Part shown: positions 4,270-10,949 of the stretch, piece after piece
Position numbering within the stretch: position 1 is the first letter of the stretch
Layout of the letters: each line of letters starts with the position of its first letter
From: Chthoniobacterales bacterium
GTDB lineage: Bacteria; Verrucomicrobiota; Verrucomicrobiia; Chthoniobacterales; Chthoniobacteraceae
Length of the DNA: 48,483 bases
Direction: 5' to 3'
Assembly (NCBI GenBank): GCA_041743065.1
Contig: JBGTNO010000018.1
Span: 1 to 48,483, forward strand
Made by a program: the position numbers and the translations under genes
Notes under the pieces: model-generated
The model's input: only the letters and a program-made list of their open reading frames with translations
Database searches by the model: none
Told to the model about the DNA's origin: nothing

Positions 4270-4343
4270 TTCCCGAGTCGTCTAATAGGAGGACGCCTGG
4301 CCTACACCCAGGAGTCGGGGGAGCATAACCTCCACGGGCGACC
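4270..4343 (+). tRNA. tRNA-Val(UAC)-like, C33, weak acceptor
   Basis: D arm GTC-(9 nt)-GAC; anticodon arm CCTGG-CCTACAC-CCAGG; T arm GGGGG-AGCATAA-CCTCC; A73-CCA. The 5' acceptor strand pairs only 4 bp. Confidence 0.55.
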
Positions 4344-4598
4344 ATCTTTCCACTGGACTCAGTTCCAGCAGCCGACCGGCATCGCCGGATCCGGTTCTGC
4401 ATATCGGGAGTCCAGTGTCTGGCAAATCGGCGCAAGCCGACTGGGTTCGACTCCCATCATACGGGTCCGTGACGGTGACCAGCCCGGACCCAGTCGGGGC
4501 AGCCGCGACGCAGCCTGCGCGGGAGAGCCATTGCACTTTCGCCCGTTGCCGAGCCGCGGTCGCCGTCACGGGCCACAACTTTCAACCAAGGAGGAAAC
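4344..4598 (+). other. structured non-coding leader between the array and the first CDS
   Basis: 9-bp helix ACTGGACTC (4351-4359)/GAGTCCAGT (4407-4415) enclosing two hairpins. TCGGC-GCAA-GCCGA hairpin, then a canonical T-arm-like TGGG-TTCGACT-CCCA (4441-4455). GGGTCC/GGACCC helix (4462-4490). The ...GGGAGAG-CCA motif ends at 4529. RBS AAGGAGG at 4587-4593. Confidence 0.4.
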
Positions 4599-5405
4599 AT
4601 GAACATCGAATACATCATCGGCGGCATCATGGTCGCCATTGCCATCGCAGTGGCGGTTCGCACCGTGCGTGCCCGCTACCGTCACGAATACGTCGTCGCC
4701 GAAGGTTCCGTCGCGCTGATCTACCACGAGGGCAAACTCGCCGGTCGATGGGACGCGGGCCGCCACGTCCGCTGGGGCCGCCATTACCGCGTCGATCTAA
4801 TCGACGTGCGTAAGACGCTGCTCCAGGTCCAGGGTCAGGATGTCCTCAGCGCCGACAATGTCGGCGTGAAGGTCAGCCTCGTGCTCACGACTCAGATCGT
4901 CGATCCAGTCAAGAACGTGCAGAGCGTGGACAACTACGTTCTGCATCTCTACAGCGCCGCGCAGTCGGCGGTTCGCGCCGTCGTTGCGGGCGTCGCGATG
5001 GACTCGCTGCTCAACCAGCGGGTCGCCATCAGCGGCCAGCTTCTCGAACTGCTGGCACCCCAGGCCGAGGAAATCGGCGTGAAGGTGCACGCAGTCGAAG
5101 TCCGCGACGTAATGCTGCCGGGCGACCTACGCCGCGCCTTCTCCGAAGTGCTGAAGGCGAAGCAGGAGGGCCAGGCAGCGCTGGAACGTGCCCGTGGCGA
5201 GTCGGCCGCACTCCGCAACCTTGCAAATGCGGCGCGTCTCATCGAGAGCCAGCCGGGCGTGGCAACGCTGCGCTTCCTGCAGACGCTCTCCGGCAACGAC
5301 GCAAAGCAGATGGTTGTGATGAGCGACATGTCTGCTTTCGCGCCAGTGTTCAAGGGCCGCTCCGGAAGTCGGTCGGCAACTGAAACCGAGTCGGAGGAAA
5401 CCTAA
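4599..5405 (+). CDS. SPFH/band-7 (slipin-like) membrane protein
   Basis: N-terminal hydrophobic helix, then an SPFH core (VDLIDVRK...QDVLSADNV...AVEVRDVMLP...KAKQEG). ATG preceded by AAGGAGG. Confidence 0.8.
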   Translation: MNIEYIIGGIMVAIAIAVAVRTVRARYRHEYVVAEGSVALIYHEGKLAGRWDAGRHVRWGRHYRVDLIDVRKTLLQVQGQDVLSADNVGVKVSLVLTTQIVDPVKNVQSVDNYVLHLYSAAQSAVRAVVAGVAMDSLLNQRVAISGQLLELLAPQAEEIGVKVHAVEVRDVMLPGDLRRAFSEVLKAKQEGQAALERARGESAALRNLANAARLIESQPGVATLRFLQTLSGNDAKQMVVMSDMSAFAPVFKGRSGSRSATETESEET

Positions 5406-5509
5406 GATGCGAGGGAGGAAGGCACGCCCCGGCGGGGATTCGTCTCCGCCGGGGTGATGCGGCCCCCAAGCAATCAACCCCAATCACCAACATAGAAAGG
5501 AGGTTCCCC

Positions 5510-6286
5510 ATGCATGGGAACGAAGTCCTCAAGCGCGTCCGCCACGCGCTCGCTCAGGTCGAGGCCGAGCGGAACGTGCGCGTGCTTTTCGCGTGCGAGA
5601 GCGGCAGTCGGGCGTGGGGCTTTGCCTCGCGTGACAGCGACTACGACGTGCGCTTCCTCTACGTCCACCGGCGAGACTGGTATCTTTCAGTCGAGGATCG
5701 GCGCGACGTCATCGAACAGCCCATCGCCGATGATCTCGACGTGAGCGGCTGGGAGCTGCGCAAGGCGCTGCGGCTGCTCCGCAAGAGCAATCCGCCGTTG
5801 CTTGAGTGGCTGAAGTCACCGGTCGTGTATCGTCACGATCCGGTCTTCGCCGCCGAGTTCGGCGCGCTGGCGGCGGAGTTCTATTCGCCACGGCGCTGCT
5901 TCGCGCATTACCTGCACATGGCCTTCGGCAACTGGCGCGACTATCTGCGCGGTCGCGAGGAAGTGAGTCTGAAGAAGTATCTCTACGTCTTCCGTCCGCT
6001 GCTCGCGTGCCGCTGGATCGAGCGTCAGCTCGGTCAGGTGCCGATGCTCTTCGCGCAACTCGTGGAGAGCGTGCTCGACGAAGCCGACGTGCGCGCCGCC
6101 CTCGCGGAACTCGTCGCGCGCAAGCAGGCCGGCGAGGAGCTGGCTATCGCGCCTTCGGTCGAAGCGCTTTCGCGTTTCATCGAGGACGAGCTGCCAAGGC
6201 TCGAGGCGCTCAACGAGCCAGACGATGCCAAGGGCGAAGTGGAGGAGCTGAACGGCTTCTTCCGCCGCTACGCGCTCGCGGCTTGA
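5510..6286 (+). CDS. Pol-beta-fold nucleotidyltransferase, RlaP/COG3541-like
   Basis: N-terminal motif LFACESGSRAWGFASRDSDYDVRFLY is typical of the RNA-ligase-associated Pol-beta NTase family. Good RBS (AAAGGAGG). Confidence 0.65.
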   Translation: MHGNEVLKRVRHALAQVEAERNVRVLFACESGSRAWGFASRDSDYDVRFLYVHRRDWYLSVEDRRDVIEQPIADDLDVSGWELRKALRLLRKSNPPLLEWLKSPVVYRHDPVFAAEFGALAAEFYSPRRCFAHYLHMAFGNWRDYLRGREEVSLKKYLYVFRPLLACRWIERQLGQVPMLFAQLVESVLDEADVRAALAELVARKQAGEELAIAPSVEALSRFIEDELPRLEALNEPDDAKGEVEELNGFFRRYALAA

Positions 6287-6500
6287 CCACGCAACTGACG
6301 CCGTCCGGAGCCATCCGTTCCGGGCGGCGTCCTCATTTTCCACGAATCCAAACCTCAACCCATCCACATCAATGCAATCACATAAATCCATCTCCAAGCC
6401 GGGAGTCTCGCTGAGGCTCTCGAACCAAACTCAATCAGTCCGCGACGACATCCGCTCCGGCTTTCTGCCGGTGCCACGCGCGCGGTCAAAAACATAAAGT

Positions 6501-7307
6501 ATGAACTCAAAAACGATTGCGAATCAGTTCGCCCGCATGGACGCACGGTTCCGTGTCGTTCGTCCAGATGACCTGCCGCGGCGGCGTCAGCGCACCGACT
6601 ACGCGCTCGATATTGTCACCGATAAGCAGGGCCAACTTTTCGAGATGCAGCTTAGCGCTGAACGCGAGGCACAGCTCGAAATCGACGTGCTTCAATGCGA
6701 GCATCACGACCGGCATTTGCTCCTGCTTGTGAAAACGCCGGAGGCGAAGGATCGCTTCCTGTGCGGACACGACGAGCGGGAGTGGTTTGTCGCCGCGGTG
6801 CCCGGCGGTGCGTCAAGCGTGGTGCAGGCGAAGGTCGCTCTGCAACCAAGTGGAGCACGAGCCGCCGCCGATAGCGCCGGGCTAAACCTGCGTCAGCGCA
6901 CCCGCCGGCACAACCGAGCCTTCATCCGTCAGGGTGAATGGTTCTTCGTGCCCGTGCCGGAACTGCGCGTGGATGAAAAGTTCATCCTGCGCAACGAGCC
7001 GATCAGTCGCGGCGGCGGAAAGCCGCACCTCGTCGCTGAGCTTCACCGCTCCGGTGGCGAGAAGGTGTGGGTCTGCTCGCGTTATCCGAACGGTCTGACC
7101 GAATCGGACTACAAGCGGACGCTCGCGGACAACCGCGAGGCGAAGCGCTGGGGCTGGCAGCAGCGCGTCCGCAATGCGGGCGTGTTTGCGCGCGGTACCG
7201 TGCGTCACCGCGACCACGCGACGATCACGCTGCACAAGTGGCACCAGGTCTGGATGAACACCGAGAACACGACTCGTCAAATGGCGAACGTCGCATTCCT
7301 CGACTGA
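6501..7307 (+). CDS. hypothetical protein, no recognisable domain
   Basis: 268-aa ORF with coding-like composition, located between the NTase and rtcB on the same strand. Confidence 0.55.
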   Translation: MNSKTIANQFARMDARFRVVRPDDLPRRRQRTDYALDIVTDKQGQLFEMQLSAEREAQLEIDVLQCEHHDRHLLLLVKTPEAKDRFLCGHDEREWFVAAVPGGASSVVQAKVALQPSGARAAADSAGLNLRQRTRRHNRAFIRQGEWFFVPVPELRVDEKFILRNEPISRGGGKPHLVAELHRSGGEKVWVCSRYPNGLTESDYKRTLADNREAKRWGWQQRVRNAGVFARGTVRHRDHATITLHKWHQVWMNTENTTRQMANVAFLD

Positions 7308-7443
7308 GGAATGGCTTCAACGCAGCCGGGGAGGGTGACAAGCCTTCCCCGGCTGCATCTTTTCGACATAAAGAACAGACACCGCTGCGCACTCGGAGTG
7401 TGTCCGCACACCGCGCTCCTACTTTTCAATACGAACCACATCC

Positions 7444-8838
7444 ATGAACAACCAAGACCTCATCCGTCTCGGCGTGCCGCAGGGCGACGCCTTGAAACTG
7501 TCTCACGAACACATGCGCCGCCTGTTTGCTGGTGGACTCGATCGCGAGCAGGTCGAGGCCGAGATCTGCGACATCGTCGCAGATCCGCCGGCTTTCTTCG
7601 CCGACGAACTGCGTGCACCGCTGGCTCGTGCCCTCTACCGGCCGGCTTTTACGCCGCGCGCGGAACTCGCGCCGTGGCGTCAGTGGGGCGAGGGCCTTGA
7701 AGCCGAGGCGGTGAAGCAGATGGCGAATGCATGTGCGCTGCCGGTCGCGGTGGCGGGCGCGCTCATGCCGGATGCGCACGTCGGCTACGGCCTGCCGATC
7801 GGCGGCGTGCTCGCGACGGATAACGCGGTGATTCCTTACGCCGTCGGCGTGGACATCGGCTGCCGTATGAAAATGACCGTCTTCGATCGGAAGGTGAACA
7901 CGATTTCCGGGCAGAAGGATCGTCTCGCGAACATCATCGAGAGCGAGACGCGCTTTGGCGTGGGCTGTGAGTTCAAGCAGCGCCGCGAGCATGACGTCAT
8001 GGATGAAGACTGGGGCGTTTCCCCGGTCACACAGCGTCTCCGTGACAAGGCTTGGGCTCAGCTCGGAACGAGCGGAAGCGGCAATCACTTTGTGGAATTC
8101 GGAACTTTCACGGTGTCGGAGCCGGTGCTTGGACTGGATCCTGGAGAATACGTGGCGCTGCTCTCGCACAGCGGGTCCCGCGGCACCGGCGCTCAGGTTT
8201 GCCAGCATTACAGCCGCCTCGCTATGGATCGTCACGCGGATCTGCCAAAAGAGCTGAAGCATCTCGCGTGGCTCTCGCTCGATGAAGCCGCTGGCCAGGA
8301 ATACTGGGCCGCAATGAATCTGATGGGGCTCTACGCCGCGGCGAACCACGCGCTCATCCACAGGCACATCGCACGCAAACTCGGCGCGCATGTGGTCCTC
8401 GACATCGAGAACCACCACAACTTTGCGTGGAAAGAGCGCCATGAAATCGCCGGCGTGGAACGTGAAGTGATCGTCCACCGCAAAGGCGCGACCCCGGCGG
8501 GCGCTGGAGTGCTGGGTATCATCCCTGGCTCGATGGCGTCGCCCGGCTACGTCGTACGCGGCAAAGGCGAGCCGGAATCGCTGACCAGCGCTTCCCACGG
8601 AGCCGGCCGCGTGATGAGTCGGACGAAGGCGATGCAGTCCTTCACGTGGAGTGCCGTAAAGAAACTCCTCTCCGAGCGCGACGTGACGCTGCTCTCCGCG
8701 GGCCTCGATGAAGTGCCCGGCGTTGACAAGGACCTCGCACCAGTGATGGCCGCGCAAACCGACTTGGTCGAAGTGCTCGGTCGATTCGACCCGCGCCTGG
8801 TGAAAATGTGCCCGAGCGGCGAACGTGCGGAGGACTGA
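7444..8838 (+). CDS. rtcB: RNA 3'-phosphate/2',3'-cyclic phosphate ligase RtcB
   Basis: Motifs GSGNHFVEFG, HSGSRGTG, NHHNFAWKE, HRKGATPA, SASHGAGR. Confidence 0.9.
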   Translation: MNNQDLIRLGVPQGDALKLSHEHMRRLFAGGLDREQVEAEICDIVADPPAFFADELRAPLARALYRPAFTPRAELAPWRQWGEGLEAEAVKQMANACALPVAVAGALMPDAHVGYGLPIGGVLATDNAVIPYAVGVDIGCRMKMTVFDRKVNTISGQKDRLANIIESETRFGVGCEFKQRREHDVMDEDWGVSPVTQRLRDKAWAQLGTSGSGNHFVEFGTFTVSEPVLGLDPGEYVALLSHSGSRGTGAQVCQHYSRLAMDRHADLPKELKHLAWLSLDEAAGQEYWAAMNLMGLYAAANHALIHRHIARKLGAHVVLDIENHHNFAWKERHEIAGVEREVIVHRKGATPAGAGVLGIIPGSMASPGYVVRGKGEPESLTSASHGAGRVMSRTKAMQSFTWSAVKKLLSERDVTLLSAGLDEVPGVDKDLAPVMAAQTDLVEVLGRFDPRLVKMCPSGERAED

Positions 8839-9426
8839 ATGATGAGTGACGTACTGAACAAAACCACAGTGCTGGTGCTGAATCGAAACTGGCAGGCGAT
8901 CCACGTCAAAACGCCAACCCAGGCATTTTGCATGATGGCCGCCGATGTGGCGACCGCCCTCGACATCGAGGACACCGGCGGCATGCGTCCAGTGAAGTGG
9001 ACCGAGTGGCTCACTCTGCCGGTGCGCGCGGACGATAACTCCGTGCGCACCGTGCATGGGGCCGTGCGTGTTCCCACGGTCCTCGTGCTGGCGAACTACG
9101 CGAAGGTGCCGAAGCGGCGCCCGAAGTTCTCCGCGAAGAACATCTGGCAGCGGGACGGTGCGACCTGCCAGTACACGGGGCGCAAACTCGCGCCCCACGA
9201 AGGCAACATCGATCACGTAGTGCCTCGTTCACGCGGCGGTAGAACCGCTTGGGAGAACTGCGTTCTCGCCCACCGCGAGATCAACTCGCGAAAGGCAGAC
9301 AGGTTGCCCGAAGAAATCGGCCTGCGTCTGCGTCGGCAACCCGCCGCGCCACGAGAACTGCCTGCCACCATGCATATTCGCAATGCGCACAGCGTACGCG
9401 ACTGGGAGCATTTTCTGAAGTCGTGA
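8839..9426 (+). CDS. HNH endonuclease
   Basis: CQYTG...IDHVVPRSRGG...NCVLAHREINSRK (HNH/His-Me finger). The start abuts the rtcB stop codon. Confidence 0.8.
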   Translation: MMSDVLNKTTVLVLNRNWQAIHVKTPTQAFCMMAADVATALDIEDTGGMRPVKWTEWLTLPVRADDNSVRTVHGAVRVPTVLVLANYAKVPKRRPKFSAKNIWQRDGATCQYTGRKLAPHEGNIDHVVPRSRGGRTAWENCVLAHREINSRKADRLPEEIGLRLRRQPAAPRELPATMHIRNAHSVRDWEHFLKS

Positions 9427-9674
9427 TCCGGAGAAGCTTGCGCCCAGACCTGCGCAAATCGCCGAAGTTCAATAATTGTGGCGATATAAGAGGAAAAGGA
9501 ATAGTCCTTCTGAATCTGTGAAACGACTGTAGGGGTTGGGGGAGAAGCTGCGATCTGCGGCATATACTGAACGGACCCTAACCCGAGAAGCCTTCCCAGG
9601 CTTGTCGCTTGTGCCGGATCTCTCAACGATGCACGCTCGTTCCGACAGTGATGATAATCCGATCAATTCGCGTA

Positions 9675-10945
9675 ATGGAACGTCTGGCCCTCGCTGCTTT
9701 GATGCTCTTTGCCGTGATGCCTGATGCGGCCGTTGCCGAAACGAGAATCGCGGTAGCAGCGATCAACGAGCTGGGCCTCGAACTCCAACGGAACCTTCCG
9801 GGCGGGAACGAAAATCTGTGCGTTTCCCCGTACTCGATCCAGAATGCTTTGGCCATGACGTATGCCGGGGCGGATGGCGAGACCCGCACTGAGATGGGGA
9901 AGGTCCTTCACTTCCCAGAGGAGGAGGCTGCGCTGCACGATTCTTTCGACGCCTTGCGAGGTGAGATCGAGAAATCATCGGCTGAAACGGTCAAGCTGGC
10001 GCAGAAGTCGAAGAAATGGGGGGGGCCAGCAGTCCTATCGAGATCCATCTGGCCAACGCACTTTTTGGGCAGACCGGTTACGATTTCCGGGAATCCTTTC
10101 TAGAGCTTGTGAAGGAACACTATGGCGCGGGGTTGGGAAGACTCGACTTTGCGGGTGATGGTGGCAAGGCGGCGTCGGAGCGGATCAATCGATGGGTCGA
10201 ATTGCAGACCAAGGGGCGCATTGCCAACCTCCTTGAGGATTTGGACCCGCAAAACCGCCTGATTCTGGTCAATGCGATCTATTTCAAAGGACCGTGGGCC
10301 AGTGAGTTCCCCGCCACGGCCACGAAACCGGCGCCGTTTCACGTGGATGGCGGAACGCCGGTGAATGTGCCGACGATGAAGCTCCAAAGTCAGTACGGTT
10401 ACGCGAAGCGGGATGGTTACGTGGCGCTGAGCATCCCTTACGTCGGCGACGAATTGCATTTTCTGATTCTCTTGCCCGATGACCTCAAGGGACTCCCTGC
10501 CCTGGAGGCGCGGCTCACCGCGGAGATCGTGGCCGATTGTGCCGAGTTGGAAGCGGCAGAAGTGGAGGTATGGCTCCCGCGTTTCAAGCTCGAGCCGCCG
10601 ACGCTGGATTTGAAACAGTTCCTACAGGAAATCGGGATGAAAGCAGCGTTTGATCAGCCACCTGGCAGCGCCAACTTTGATCGGCTCGCCCCGCGGCGGG
10701 CCGACGATTACCTTTTCATTTCGGAAGTTTCGCACAAGACGTTCATTGCGGTAGACGAGCGTGGCACCGAAGCGGCGGCCGCGACTGCCGTTCGCATGCT
10801 GGCGTTCGGAGCGCCGCCCGAGCCACCCAGACCCATCGTCGTGAGGATCAATCGTCCTTTTTACTACGCCATTCAGCACCGACCCACCGGAGCCTGCCTC
10901 TTCATGGGGAGAGTGGTGGATCCGCGGCCGCCATCAACGCACTGA
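9675..10945 (+). CDS. secreted serpin, reading frame interrupted at a G8 tract
   Basis: Signal peptide MERLALAALMLFAVM; SPYSIQNALAMTYAGA; FKGPWASEF; C-terminal NRPFYYAIQH...FMGRVVDP. Frame changes at G8 (10018-10025); one extra G restores a single ORF. Confidence 0.8.
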
Positions 10946-10949
10946 TGCG

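Larger units (their letters stand above)
377..4343 (+). other. tandem array of ~45 tRNA / tRNA-like genes
   Basis: Head-to-tail + strand units of 72-92 nt (a few 110-145 nt), each foldable by hand into acceptor/D/anticodon/T arms. Most end N73-CCA followed by T3-T6. Spacers are 1-12 nt. Confidence 0.85.

Noticed and set aside
377-4343. Periodic ~80-nt repeats that could be mistaken for a CRISPR array
   Set aside because: The units are not identical repeats separated by unique spacers. Each unit folds as a cloverleaf with a different anticodon. No cas genes are present.
4440-4467. Canonical GGG-TTCGACT-CCC T-arm that could belong to a tmRNA or a further tRNA
   Set aside because: No complementary 5' acceptor strand, no anticodon arm, and no tag-ORF or pseudoknot context could be found around it.
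299-4602. Dozens of 60-230-aa ORFs on both strands across the array region
   Set aside because: They overlap one another and the tRNA cloverleaves. They have Arg/Pro/Gly/Ala-rich low-complexity translations typical of GC-rich non-coding DNA. None has an RBS or a recognisable motif.
7426-9216. 596-aa minus-strand ORF, the longest ORF at this locus
   Set aside because: It is antisense to rtcB and the HNH gene, both of which have unambiguous catalytic motifs. Its translation is His/Arg/Ala-rich with no motif. The same applies to the antisense ORFs at 23182-24603, 35212-36294, 42642-43683 and 46857-47633.
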